64,000 bases of DNA from a virus, in the IMG/VR virus record IMGVR_UViG_3300010163_003545, positions 5,287 to 69,286 of that record, one strand, 5' to 3'. The notes beneath the pieces were generated by a model, which was not told the origin of the DNA, searched no databases, and was given only the letters and a program-made list of their open reading frames with translations. Positions 37,402 to 46,793 of the stretch are shown here, piece by piece (positions within the stretch are counted from its first letter, which is position 1; each line of letters opens with the position of its first letter). The translations under genes and the position numbers were made by a program.

Positions 37402-37971
37402 ATGAAATTGTTTAGAACCGTTGAAATAAATGACGTTAGTGATTATATGGTGGGTGATGTTATCGCCTTTGCCCTGACCGATGGTGAGGAAATGGACGCC
37501 CTGGCGGTCAAACAGGAGCAGGACGGTATGATTTTCTGCCTGGTGGATTGCCTGAACCAGGAGTATCCCATGAATGAGGAAGATAGTAACCGTGGCGGCT
37601 ATGAGGCTACCGACCTGCGGATGAAGCTGAAAGGTGAAATCCTTGACCGCTTCCCGGCTGACATTCGTGAGAAGATGGTTGCCTTTGCCAACGGGGATTA
37701 TCTGCGTCTGCCCACTGAAAAAGAGATTTTCGGCTGTAACGAATACGGCAAGGCCGAACCTGACGATGTGCAGCAGTGGAAGCCGATGGAGCAGCGCAAG
37801 AACCGCATTGCGTTCCAGGGCAAGGGGACTGGCCGATGGGAATGGTACTGGTTGCAGAACGCCCACAAGTGTTACGATGCCGCTTTTGCCCGTGTCAACG
37901 GCAACGGCTATGCGGACTGCTTCAGCGCTTCCAACGCTACCGGTGTGCGTCTTGTATTTGAATTATCGTAA
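37402..37971 (+). CDS. hypothetical protein
   Basis: RBS GAGGAGG 9 nt before the ATG. Confidence 0.45.
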   Translation: MKLFRTVEINDVSDYMVGDVIAFALTDGEEMDALAVKQEQDGMIFCLVDCLNQEYPMNEEDSNRGGYEATDLRMKLKGEILDRFPADIREKMVAFANGDYLRLPTEKEIFGCNEYGKAEPDDVQQWKPMEQRKNRIAFQGKGTGRWEWYWLQNAHKCYDAAFARVNGNGYADCFSASNATGVRLVFELS

Positions 37972-37984
37972 GGAGGCTCTACCC

Positions 37985-38227
37985 ATGAAAGAACAAAACA
38001 TTCTCGTCTATCCGCCCCAAGGAAAAGGGGCACCCTTTCGCTTCGTCTACACACCAGATAAACCCACCCCGCCCGAAGTCTTCGCGTCTGCCTTGCGTTC
38101 GGCTTTCGCCCAGGACGAGGATAACCAATTCGGACTCCTAGCCCGCTGTGACGCTATTGATAGTGTTGTAGCAAAGCTCGGAGGAAGCTGGAAGCTCATG
38201 GAGTACGACGCGACGATTTGGCTGTAA
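37985..38227 (+). CDS. hypothetical protein
   Basis: RBS TAAGGAGG. Confidence 0.4.
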   Translation: MKEQNILVYPPQGKGAPFRFVYTPDKPTPPEVFASALRSAFAQDEDNQFGLLARCDAIDSVVAKLGGSWKLMEYDATIWL

Positions 38228-38315
38228 TCGAATGGGCATCATCTTCGCGTCAGCATCTTTCTTAGCGGAGGGGCGAAAATCTAATGCGTCTCCCCAAGAA
38301 TGCGAACATATGTTC

Positions 38316-38344
38316 TTGACATGGAAAAGCTCATGATGTACAAT
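38316..38344 (+). promoter_or_regulatory. near-consensus sigma70 promoter TTGACA-N17-TACAAT
   Basis: Exact 17-nt spacer. Lies 67 nt upstream of the ParB-like gene start. Confidence 0.6.
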
Positions 38345-38410
38345 CTCTTTACCGCTCTCGTTTATTCTCTTGCAGGTTTCTTACTTATCCCGCAGAAGGA
38401 GGTCTTTTTT

Positions 38411-39817
38411 ATGTCTCAGATGGAGGTTGTTTATCGTGATCCGAGGGAACTTGCTCCTCACCCTCGCAATGGTGAGTTCTTCAGTGATATCGCCCCTGAT
38501 GATTGGCCCGACTTCATAGAGTCTATTCGTAACCGAGGCATCATGAATCCTCTGCTCATCACCTCACAGGACGTGGTTGTCTCCGGGCACCAACGTCTGC
38601 GTGCCGCTTTGGAGCTTGCTCTGGGTGTTGTCCCATGTATTGTTCTGGAGAACAGCGACAATGAGAATGCGCCTCGGGTTTTGCTTGCCCTGATTGAAAC
38701 CAACATCCGTCAGCGTGGCGGATGTGGAGGAACCTCAGCCAAACAGCAGTTGGCAATGGCGTCAACCATCGCAGAATGTATTGATCGCATCCGCTGGGAA
38801 ACTTGGATGGAGTGGAAGATCAATCGTTGCGAACCCAAGGATGAACCTGCGCTAACCAAGGTTTACGCTGAAAACAAAGCTTCTCCGTTGCCCATTGGGA
38901 GAATCCGTTCCGATCTGCGTATCTTTGCGGACGAAGTGAAGGCTCTGGCCGAGGAACAGAAAAGACGAGAGGAGGAGCGAAGGAGGATGGTTGAGGAGGA
39001 TAAGATTGACAATAATTTCACAGAATCGGTGTGCACCGATATTGTGAAAAGTTTAACAGTATCAGAGATCGAGCTAGTCAAGCTCACTGCTAATAAGATG
39101 GGCGTAAGCCCAAGTTGGGTTGAAAAGCTCCGTTCCCTCTCCAACCTCTGCCCCGAACTCCTTGACCGTGTTGACGAAGGCCAAATCTCCGCCGATGCCG
39201 CTGCACGCCTCCTCACCAAACTCTCCCCCGCTGATCAGGAAACTTTCCTCGCCCATCTTCCTGGCGATCTCACCCAAAAGATTACCCGCAAGCAGACAGA
39301 AGCCATCATCACTCAGATGCGCGAGGAATCCAAAGCGATGGTGGATGCTGCCAACTCCAAGGCAGAGCAGAGTGAACAGGCTCGCCGTCAGACGGAAACA
39401 ACCCTTGCTTCCGAGCGTATCCGTCTCTCTGCTCTGCAAAATGAAATCGCCTCGCTGAAGGATGAACTTGCCCATTCACAAGCCAACACCACTTCGGCAA
39501 TCTCCCCCACACTCAACAAGGAACTTCAGGCACTGCAAGGTAAGCTTGAAGCCAAATCCCTTGAGTGTGAAAAAGCCCAGCAGAAGGTTCGCGCTCTCCA
39601 GCATGCACTCGAAGCCGGTTCTGAGCCTACTGTTAGCCCACATGCGGCAATGGATAATGAAGCGGATCTTTTCATGAAGTATGCTGAGCAGATGGAGGGG
39701 CTTGCAAGCACCTTCGCAAGCCGAAAGGTTCTGACCAAATCTATCAAGGCCGCCGTGGAGCGGGCACTGCCATTAGTCGCTTCCCTACAAAACCTAATCC
39801 ACGTTTATACGGACTAG
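38411..39817 (+). CDS. ParB/Srx-like nuclease-domain protein with long C-terminal coiled coil
   Basis: N-terminal ParB-like motif (…PRNGEFF…, VVSGHQRLRAA). C-terminal heptad and low-complexity repeats. RBS AGAAGGAGG. Confidence 0.55.
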   Translation: MSQMEVVYRDPRELAPHPRNGEFFSDIAPDDWPDFIESIRNRGIMNPLLITSQDVVVSGHQRLRAALELALGVVPCIVLENSDNENAPRVLLALIETNIRQRGGCGGTSAKQQLAMASTIAECIDRIRWETWMEWKINRCEPKDEPALTKVYAENKASPLPIGRIRSDLRIFADEVKALAEEQKRREEERRRMVEEDKIDNNFTESVCTDIVKSLTVSEIELVKLTANKMGVSPSWVEKLRSLSNLCPELLDRVDEGQISADAAARLLTKLSPADQETFLAHLPGDLTQKITRKQTEAIITQMREESKAMVDAANSKAEQSEQARRQTETTLASERIRLSALQNEIASLKDELAHSQANTTSAISPTLNKELQALQGKLEAKSLECEKAQQKVRALQHALEAGSEPTVSPHAAMDNEADLFMKYAEQMEGLASTFASRKVLTKSIKAAVERALPLVASLQNLIHVYTD

Positions 39818-39841
39818 TGATTATTCAAAGGAGTGTTGAGT

Positions 39842-40267
39842 ATGTACCAGTTGGGATATTACCTCGAAAGCAAACCTGGGGTTATCTATCCGTCTTTTGT
39901 CCAAGCGGCGTGCGCCCGTTTCGGCAATGATACAATCCGCGTGTTCCAGAATGTGCGGGGACACTTTTCTCGCAGGTTTGATACCGTGGATGATCTTGTG
40001 GGGGACATTCTGTACAACGCTCATCGTAGCGTTTCTTTTCAAGGTTTCTTCCGTATGGACGATTCGCCCAACTCGGATACGCCGCTCTTCGCTACCACAG
40101 ACCCAACGGTGCCTGTACAGTGGATTCTTGATAACGCGTATCGACTTGAGTTCTCAGACGCTTCCTCTGTGTCCACGCCGCAGGTATGTCGCTACACTGT
40201 TTATGGGATTTCTGACTATGAAGATGAGCAGGAGTGGTCGCTGGAGTTGGAGGTGAAATATTCTTAA
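39842..40267 (+). CDS. hypothetical protein
   Basis: RBS AAAGGAG before the ATG at 39842. Confidence 0.4.
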   Translation: MYQLGYYLESKPGVIYPSFVQAACARFGNDTIRVFQNVRGHFSRRFDTVDDLVGDILYNAHRSVSFQGFFRMDDSPNSDTPLFATTDPTVPVQWILDNAYRLEFSDASSVSTPQVCRYTVYGISDYEDEQEWSLELEVKYS

Positions 40268-40344
40268 AATTTATTCCGAATACTACTTGAATTGCAAAAG
40301 AATTTATGGTATAGTTGGTCATGTCCCATGAGAAAGGGGTGTCG

Positions 40345-41283
40345 ATGGTGACGCGGGTTTTAAGCGCACAAGCCTTTGCGGAGGCCATGCGCCTAGCGGG
40401 TGAAGGGTCGGAAATCACGCGGAAGTCCCTGGAGACTATCTGGCGGATTCTCTATGAGCGAAGGTGGCCCATCTCTATTCTCAACAAGGAGCAGTGGCGC
40501 GAAGTTCTGGATGAAGCAGCTACCCAAACATCTATCCCCAGGCCAGATGTGTATGCTGCTGTTCTTACCCTCGCCAATCAGAACCCAGACCTGCTTACGC
40601 TCATCTCCAAGGGTATGGCCGTTGCTTCCGACACCGTGGAAACCAGCGTGCTCACTCGTAGCATGTTTGGCTCCTACGATGATCTGTACGCGGCCTTCTG
40701 TGCTGCGATGCCCCCTCTTCTCGGTTCGGATCCCGGTGAATCTTCTGTGTATCTCACCAGCGGACTGTGGGTCATGGCTCACTGGACACTTTTGTGGATG
40801 GGATTGCCCACACAGGGTACGACCTCTGTGGAGCGCTCAAAGGTGCGTATTTCCACGCTTGATCATCACGCGGAGATAAAAACGGATTTCGGTGTTTTTA
40901 CCCTTGATCATCCCGGAGGCGTGAGAATCCTCCAAGACGCACTTACCCAGGGTGTGGGCGTAAATGCCAAGGTGCCCGACTCTTCTTTCATTGGGGTTTC
41001 TTATGCGTCAATGGGAGATATCAAGGTTCGGTTTAACAGGTCAATGCAGCGCTCCGGATTGGAACGTGACCCGATTATCGACAAAAATGTCTATTACTCC
41101 GGGCGCTTCGCAGCGGTGAAGGAAGCTTTGCTGGCATCTGGAACGAAGAAGCTTCCAACCACCTATGCTGAACTCGCCTCGCTCGTACCCTTCTGTGAAC
41201 CCGCTAAAATGCGCACACAGTATAAATGGGCAACGGTTTTTCGCTCTTGGTGGGATGTGTATGGTGATCCTGACATCCAATAA
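40345..41283 (+). CDS. hypothetical protein
   Basis: ATG at 40345 with RBS GAGAAAGGGG. The maximal ORF starts at 40315. Confidence 0.4.
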   Translation: MVTRVLSAQAFAEAMRLAGEGSEITRKSLETIWRILYERRWPISILNKEQWREVLDEAATQTSIPRPDVYAAVLTLANQNPDLLTLISKGMAVASDTVETSVLTRSMFGSYDDLYAAFCAAMPPLLGSDPGESSVYLTSGLWVMAHWTLLWMGLPTQGTTSVERSKVRISTLDHHAEIKTDFGVFTLDHPGGVRILQDALTQGVGVNAKVPDSSFIGVSYASMGDIKVRFNRSMQRSGLERDPIIDKNVYYSGRFAAVKEALLASGTKKLPTTYAELASLVPFCEPAKMRTQYKWATVFRSWWDVYGDPDIQ

Positions 41284-41308
41284 TATTTTTATACTCAACA
41301 CTCTGAAA

Positions 41309-41336
41309 CCTTCCCGCTTATTGGGGAGGTTTTTCT
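41309..41336 (+). terminator. rho-independent terminator
   Basis: CCTTCCC-gcttatt-GGGGAGG hairpin followed by TTTTTCT. Confidence 0.6.
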
Positions 41337-41390
41337 GTCTCATTGTGTTTCTGCGGCGTTTTGAACTGTATAAGTCAAACACCGCTTTTG

Positions 41391-41466
41391 GGACGCATAG
41401 CACAATGGTTAATGCAGGTGCCTCATAAGCACACGATTCTGGGTTCAACTCCCTGTGCGTCCACCA
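41391..41466 (+). tRNA. tRNA-Met (anticodon CAT; elongator-type, or tRNA-Ile2 if modified)
   Basis: Folded by hand. 7-bp acceptor stem GGACGCA/TGCGTCC. D-arm contains GG. Anticodon loop CTCATAA. T-loop TTCAACT. Discriminator A followed by an encoded CCA. Confidence 0.7.
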
Positions 41467-41501
41467 CGGTATCTACTCTCAATCACAAGGGAGGTGTTTG
41501 A

Positions 41502-41684
41502 ATGTCTCCATGGTCGAATCTCGTTCTTGGTATCTTGTGGCTCGCCCTTTCTGTGGTCAAGTTTAAGATTGCTAGTCTGCCCGCTTACTCCGACGTTCGG
41601 AAATGGAGCCTGGTGGAAAGCTGGAGTGTTCTTTTGCTTGGCCTCTTGCAGCTCGTCGCGTTCTACGCACAGGTTAGGGGGTGA
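41502..41684 (+). CDS. small two-helix membrane protein
   Basis: Helices LVLGILWLALSVV and WSVLLLGLLQLVAFY. RBS AAGGGAGG. Confidence 0.4.
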   Translation: MSPWSNLVLGILWLALSVVKFKIASLPAYSDVRKWSLVESWSVLLLGLLQLVAFYAQVRG

Positions 41685-41689
41685 TTTCT

Positions 41690-42067
41690 ATGCCTATTCT
41701 TAAGTGGTTTCATCACTGGTTCCCTGGTCTTTGTGCTCGTGACACTCCGTTGGTCTTTGTGGGGAATGAAATCCGATGCCCTACGTGCGGTCGGCTGCTC
41801 GCTTACCGCTATCCAGTTCCTCGCGGTCAGGGACGCTATCATGTCCATGTCTGTTATCCCTTCGCTTTTAATCTGTTTGACGTAAAGGCGGCTGCAATCC
41901 GCGACCCGCCTTATGAAGATCCTGATCCTTACAACATAGAAGAAACCATTGCCCTCATCCATGCTCCACCCGATGTTGATTGGGATACAGGAGAAAAGGA
42001 CGAGGGCTTTTCTGACCCTAAAAACGACTCTGAAATATCTGAAAGCACTGCAAATGAAAGGACTTGA
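41690..42067 (+). CDS. hypothetical protein
   Basis: ATG at 41690 with RBS GGGGGTG. Confidence 0.4.
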   Translation: MPILKWFHHWFPGLCARDTPLVFVGNEIRCPTCGRLLAYRYPVPRGQGRYHVHVCYPFAFNLFDVKAAAIRDPPYEDPDPYNIEETIALIHAPPDVDWDTGEKDEGFSDPKNDSEISESTANERT

Positions 42068-42071
42068 TTCA

Positions 42072-43001
42072 ATGAGTGATACGATTCTCCGCCAGGCAAA
42101 TAACAAGGTTGAGTGTGTTGGCCTCCTTAAGGCAAAGGAACTCAAGTACAGCGACAACAACGAGCGTATCTATGGCTACGTCGTTATTTCTACCGACCAG
42201 GGTAGTGATCATTCCATCTCCATCAGCGCCAGCCGCACGAAGAAAGACGGCTCCCTTGCCAAGAGTTATCCCAATATCGCAGCCTTTATGGCAAATGCCG
42301 TGTCTATTGCCGAGCTTTTGAAGCAGGGCAAATCCAAGGAAGAGGCTGAAGCGGCCTGTTCTCGTGTGGCTGTCAGTCAGTGTCAGTTGGAGGTGAACGA
42401 CTATTGTGACCGCACCGGTCAGCTTACCTCTCGGCAGCAGGTCAGGGCTGGTTTCCTTACTCAGCTCGACCCAATCAAGCCGTTCCATCCCGTTGCGGCA
42501 TTCGATGTGGAATGCTTCATTGATGCTATCAGCATGGAAACAAAGGATGGCGAATCCACGGGCCGCTTGAAGGTGAAAGCTTGGATCCCCGGTAACAGCG
42601 GACGAATTATTCCCTTTGATTTCTTCGTTGATGCCTCTATTGCAGATGATTTCATTTCTGTGTATACCCCCAAGTCCTCCGGCAATCTCTGGGGGCAGAT
42701 GGTCAACACCGTGAATGTGACTGTTACGCATAAGCAAGGCATTGGCAGCGCCAAAGAGGAACGCACTACCAATGCTGTGCATGAATTTGTTGTGACCGGC
42801 GCTTCCGAGCCTTATGAGGAAGATTCCACAAAGGCGTTCCCCTTGGAGGCTGTTCAGAAAGCTGTTCAGGTTCGTATCAATGAAACGCTACCTCAGATCG
42901 AGGCGAATTTCAAAACCAAGCAGCAGAAAGCCACTGCGGCAGGTAGCTTCAATCGTCCCGCTACTGCGCCTGCGAACCCCGTCGAGAATTTTCAGGTGTA
43001 A
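42072..43001 (+). CDS. putative ssDNA-binding protein (DUF2815-like), partner of Sak4
   Basis: Conserved-looking 309-aa protein immediately upstream of the Sak4-like ATPase, which is the usual DUF2815–AAA_24 pairing. RBS AAAGGA. Confidence 0.4.
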   Translation: MSDTILRQANNKVECVGLLKAKELKYSDNNERIYGYVVISTDQGSDHSISISASRTKKDGSLAKSYPNIAAFMANAVSIAELLKQGKSKEEAEAACSRVAVSQCQLEVNDYCDRTGQLTSRQQVRAGFLTQLDPIKPFHPVAAFDVECFIDAISMETKDGESTGRLKVKAWIPGNSGRIIPFDFFVDASIADDFISVYTPKSSGNLWGQMVNTVNVTVTHKQGIGSAKEERTTNAVHEFVVTGASEPYEEDSTKAFPLEAVQKAVQVRINETLPQIEANFKTKQQKATAAGSFNRPATAPANPVENFQV

Positions 43002-43013
43002 GGAGGGTGCGAA

Positions 43014-44087
43014 ATGATTGATATTTTCAATCCCCAGATTTCCACCGTCTCTCGCGATCTCAGCGGGAAAACCATTCTGGTCTATGGCACGAATCGCACC
43101 GGTAAAACCCGTCAGCTCGCCAGTCTCCCCGATCCCTGTTACCTGGCGTTTGAGGCTGGCATCGGTGCTATCGCTGGTGTCCCCTACTTCCCCATGCGCC
43201 GCTGGTCAGACTATATCTCTTTTGTCAAGCAGGTCACTGCGGAAAAGAATCTCGAACGTGCACGGGAAATGTACCAGACGATTATCTTGGATCAGGCTGA
43301 AGCCATGGGCATCCTGTGTGAGCAATACGTCTGCATGAAGTTCGGCGTATCGTCTCTTGGCGAGCGCCGGTTTCTGCCAGATGGTAAGCAGGACTACGGT
43401 TTCAATGGCTATAAGGAGTATGGCAAAGAGTTTGAATACAATCTTCGGCTCCTTACCTCTGTTGGCTTCACAGTTGCTTTTATCGCCCATGAAGGCACGC
43501 GTAAGTTTAACGATGAAAACGGCACCGAGTACGAGAAGATTTACCCCAAGGGCGATAAGCGAATCATTGACCCCATCTGTGACCTGGTGGATATTATCGC
43601 ATATGCTTCTGTGAATGGGCTGGACGAAAACGGGAATGAAATTCCTTCCTCTTTGTACCTCCGCCAAACCCGTAAATATCACGCAGGCAGTCGTTTCACC
43701 CATATGGTTCCTTATATCAAGGAATTTACCGCTGGCAATCTCGTCAAGGCGATTGGCGATGCCGTTGAAGCCGAGGAACAGAGCACTGGAATCCGCTCTG
43801 TATCGTATGAGGAACAGGCCCAGGCACAGAAGGGGCAGGAGCTTCCCTCCTATGAGGAAGCAAAGTCGGCCATCACTGATTTGGCCAAAGCCGTGTATGA
43901 TGGCGCACGTGACCGCTATGCCGAAGTGACCAGCATCGTTGAAAAGCATATCGGCAAAGGTAAAACTATCTCCAAGGACACTACGCCCGATCAGGTGGAG
44001 CTGTTGTGTGTTATTCGTGATGAGATCAGAATCTTCATGGAGTCTGACCCCGTGCTTTGTAAGTTTATCGGAAATCAAGTGAATTAG
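43014..44087 (+). CDS. Sak4-like RecA-fold ATPase (AAA_24; single-strand annealing or recombination mediator)
   Basis: Walker A GTNRTGKT very close to the N-terminus. Hydrophobic-D Walker B (TIILDQAE). Phage recombination context. Confidence 0.55.
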   Translation: MIDIFNPQISTVSRDLSGKTILVYGTNRTGKTRQLASLPDPCYLAFEAGIGAIAGVPYFPMRRWSDYISFVKQVTAEKNLERAREMYQTIILDQAEAMGILCEQYVCMKFGVSSLGERRFLPDGKQDYGFNGYKEYGKEFEYNLRLLTSVGFTVAFIAHEGTRKFNDENGTEYEKIYPKGDKRIIDPICDLVDIIAYASVNGLDENGNEIPSSLYLRQTRKYHAGSRFTHMVPYIKEFTAGNLVKAIGDAVEAEEQSTGIRSVSYEEQAQAQKGQELPSYEEAKSAITDLAKAVYDGARDRYAEVTSIVEKHIGKGKTISKDTTPDQVELLCVIRDEIRIFMESDPVLCKFIGNQVN

Positions 44088-44221
44088 TGCCGGTAGCTCG
44101 TGGAGAAAACGGCGTAGAATTGGAGTGCCATTCCTACTTTCCGCTTTCTCCACGCCCCTCGTTCGTAAAGGAGTGAAACAAACTGCAATCTCATCCCAAA
44201 CTCAGCAACTGGAGCAAAACC

Positions 44222-44410
44222 ATGCTTGTTTTGCTGCTTTTCATCTTTCTTATGATCTTCCCGCCCACACGCTCACTTATTGTTTGGCTTTTACCTTTAG
44301 GAAGCGGGATGGATGATCTTCTTTTCTTTATCTTGCTGTTCGCCGCACTTGTTGTGTTTTTGATTCGTGGCGCGCAGTGGAAAAAAATCAAAAGTTGGTT
44401 TATGAAATAA
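44222..44410 (+). CDS. small membrane protein (possible NfeD-like partner of the SPFH protein)
   Basis: Two TM helices. Directly upstream of the SPFH gene. Confidence 0.4.
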   Translation: MLVLLLFIFLMIFPPTRSLIVWLLPLGSGMDDLLFFILLFAALVVFLIRGAQWKKIKSWFMK

Positions 44411-44431
44411 ACAGCGAAAGGAGAACCGCTT

Positions 44432-45316
44432 ATGAAGAAATTTTTCTGCTTTGCCCTCCTTCTGGTTTTCACTTTGTTCTGCACAACTGGGTGTTACTTC
44501 AAACGTAGTATCGGCACCAACGAAGTAGGTCTTCAAATGGACGATGGGGTTACTATTAACCGGGTTGTTGGCTCTGGGCGGTATACCGACCTCGGATGGT
44601 ACGCCGATCTTACCAGTATTGATACTTCTTCTCATTCGCTTACCTGGGAGGATAGTGACGTTTGGACTTTTGATAAGCAGGTCGTTAGCTTTTCTGCCAA
44701 CGTTACGTACGCCCGTAAGGGCGATGAAGAAAGCGTCCGGAAGATGTGGAAGGAGTACAATGCGGCGGCTCGTGAGGATGAGCAGCTAGAGCAGCTCGTG
44801 CGTTCTCGTATTCCCCGCATTGTCAAACAGGTTTCTACGCAAATGACGCTTGATGAAATGCTTGGAATTGCTGATAGTGAAAAGAATCGTGCTACGATGC
44901 AGTCTGATATTGAAAGTCTCCTATCCGCTGAGCTTGGCAATTGTGGTGTTGAGCTTATTGACTTCGGCGTGAACAATATTGGAGTTGACCCTGTTTACCA
45001 GTCCAAAATGCAAGAAAAATCCACCGCTGCAATAGAGATTGAGCTTGCTGAACAGAAAGCTAAGCAGCTTGAAAAGCAGTTGGAGCAGGAACAGGCTCAG
45101 ACAAATATTGATCTTGAAATTGCCCGCCGTGCAAACTTGGTTGCCGAAGAAAACGCGAAGGTCTTCGAGGAAAGTGCAGAGGCTTATGAGCTAAAACGTC
45201 TCGAACTTTTGAAGGGCGTACTTGGTGAAAGTGACAAGGTATATTTTATCCCCGAGGGCACTGACATCACGCTCTTTTTGGGGAATGAATCCGGTTCGCC
45301 AGTACCCGTTCAGTGA
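44432..45316 (+). CDS. SPFH/band-7 (prohibitin/HflC-like) domain lipoprotein
   Basis: Signal peptide with lipobox LFCTTGC. SPFH core followed by a long Glu/Gln/Ala coiled coil (AEQKAKQLEKQLEQEQAQ). Confidence 0.6.
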   Translation: MKKFFCFALLLVFTLFCTTGCYFKRSIGTNEVGLQMDDGVTINRVVGSGRYTDLGWYADLTSIDTSSHSLTWEDSDVWTFDKQVVSFSANVTYARKGDEESVRKMWKEYNAAAREDEQLEQLVRSRIPRIVKQVSTQMTLDEMLGIADSEKNRATMQSDIESLLSAELGNCGVELIDFGVNNIGVDPVYQSKMQEKSTAAIEIELAEQKAKQLEKQLEQEQAQTNIDLEIARRANLVAEENAKVFEESAEAYELKRLELLKGVLGESDKVYFIPEGTDITLFLGNESGSPVPVQ

Positions 45317-45359
45317 GGCTGGGTATCATCACATACATTTATAATCAGGAGATGCTATA

Positions 45360-46205
45360 ATGAGAAAAACGAAATATCATGTCGGAGATAGGGTTTTGAT
45401 CGCCCCGAAGTTTACAACGGACACGCCTAATGAAATGGCTCAATATTGTAAACGTGTGATGACCATTAGCGCCGTGTTGCAATTGACCAATTACGACGAG
45501 TATCACATGCGCGAAGACGGTGGTTATTTTTATTGGCACGATGACGAGATCGTCGGGCGTATCGTAAGAAAAAATCGATACAAGGTTGGAGATGTTGTCC
45601 TAATTGCTCAGAAGGAGTCGGTGCCCAAATACTATCGGGGCGAGTTGATGACCGTCAAGTATGTTGTCTCGGCTCGGTTGGTCGGAGGAGTTTATTATCG
45701 AGTTAAAGACGCAGATTCGTCTTGGGTGGCACTCGATTTTGAGATTGAAGGTTGCCTTGAGCGGCCCGATAACTCAACTCAAAAAAAGATTGTTACCGCC
45801 TCTACTGCCTCTCCCTCGGATAAGAATTGGACAGAGGCCATCACCATTACGACCGATGGCACGCATACTTATGCGTCTTTAACCCGGCTAGGCTCGAACC
45901 CTGTCTCTTTTGACGCATCCCTCCGCAGAGATTCTCGTGACGCTCATGATCTGTATTACGCTGCGCATTTGGCCCTTTATAAGCTTCGAGACAAGGATCG
46001 CCAAAAAGAAACGCCACCTCTGTATACGGGCGATGTGTTTTGTGTTGACTCCCGCTCGATGTCCAGGCTTTACACGACAGGAAAGATATACTCCATTAAG
46101 GATGGAGTTTTTAGTGCCGATGGCGGGAAGCAGGTTAGCGGTATTCAAAGTTTCCAGTGGCTACAAGAAAAATCCTTGGCGAGATGGATGGAAGTAGTAA
46201 AATAA
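45360..46205 (+). CDS. hypothetical protein
   Basis: 281 aa. RBS CAGGAGATG. Confidence 0.45.
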   Translation: MRKTKYHVGDRVLIAPKFTTDTPNEMAQYCKRVMTISAVLQLTNYDEYHMREDGGYFYWHDDEIVGRIVRKNRYKVGDVVLIAQKESVPKYYRGELMTVKYVVSARLVGGVYYRVKDADSSWVALDFEIEGCLERPDNSTQKKIVTASTASPSDKNWTEAITITTDGTHTYASLTRLGSNPVSFDASLRRDSRDAHDLYYAAHLALYKLRDKDRQKETPPLYTGDVFCVDSRSMSRLYTTGKIYSIKDGVFSADGGKQVSGIQSFQWLQEKSLARWMEVVK

Positions 46206-46231
46206 CGGGCTTACAAGCGAGGTGACACGCA

Positions 46232-46726
46232 ATGGCTCAGTGCCCACATTGCAAGCAGCCAGTCGATGCGCAAGGGGAGAAATACAAAGGAAAACTATAT
46301 CACCCGCAGTGTATTGAAGCTATGAAACAGCTTGCTTTGCGCAAGGATGCTCTTCGAGCCAGACAATTGAATGACCCAGATTTACAGGCGCTCATAGATT
46401 ATTTGTGTAGCGCCTTTTCCATCTCCTCTTTGACGCCACTCCTGCAAAAACAGATTGGTGATCTACATGCCACGTACTCTTACTCCGATTTGTTCTTGGC
46501 TGCGAAATACTTCTTCTCGTATGATCGCGGAGCGCAGGAGCAGCAGGGAAAGCCCTCCATCGGGATCCTTCCCTATGTAATGGATGATGCCAAAGCTTTC
46601 TTCGCAGCTATGAGCGCGGCTGAGCAGGCTGGGATAGTCTTCACCAATGAGCAACGTACCATAACCGTTCGCATCCCTCGCCCATCGCCAAATGAACCTT
46701 GCCGCGTTCCTATGGAATCTTTATAG
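46232..46726 (+). CDS. hypothetical protein with N-terminal zinc ribbon
   Basis: CPHCKQ…HPQC motif pair. Confidence 0.45.
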   Translation: MAQCPHCKQPVDAQGEKYKGKLYHPQCIEAMKQLALRKDALRARQLNDPDLQALIDYLCSAFSISSLTPLLQKQIGDLHATYSYSDLFLAAKYFFSYDRGAQEQQGKPSIGILPYVMDDAKAFFAAMSAAEQAGIVFTNEQRTITVRIPRPSPNEPCRVPMESL

Positions 46727-46793
46727 AAAGGGGGTGTTAATTATCCCGATCCCGCAGTCCCCCACCATCCCGCGTGTTATCGTCAAAGATAAG

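Noticed and set aside
43206-44153. 315-aa minus-strand ORF
   Set aside because: Antisense to the Sak4-like gene, which has clear Walker motifs on the plus strand.
46692-46793. Longer start for the DnaB-like gene
   Set aside because: It would overlap the upstream gene by 35 nt, and the N-terminal extension is not DnaB-like. The ATG at 46794 was preferred, although its RBS is weak, so the start remains uncertain.
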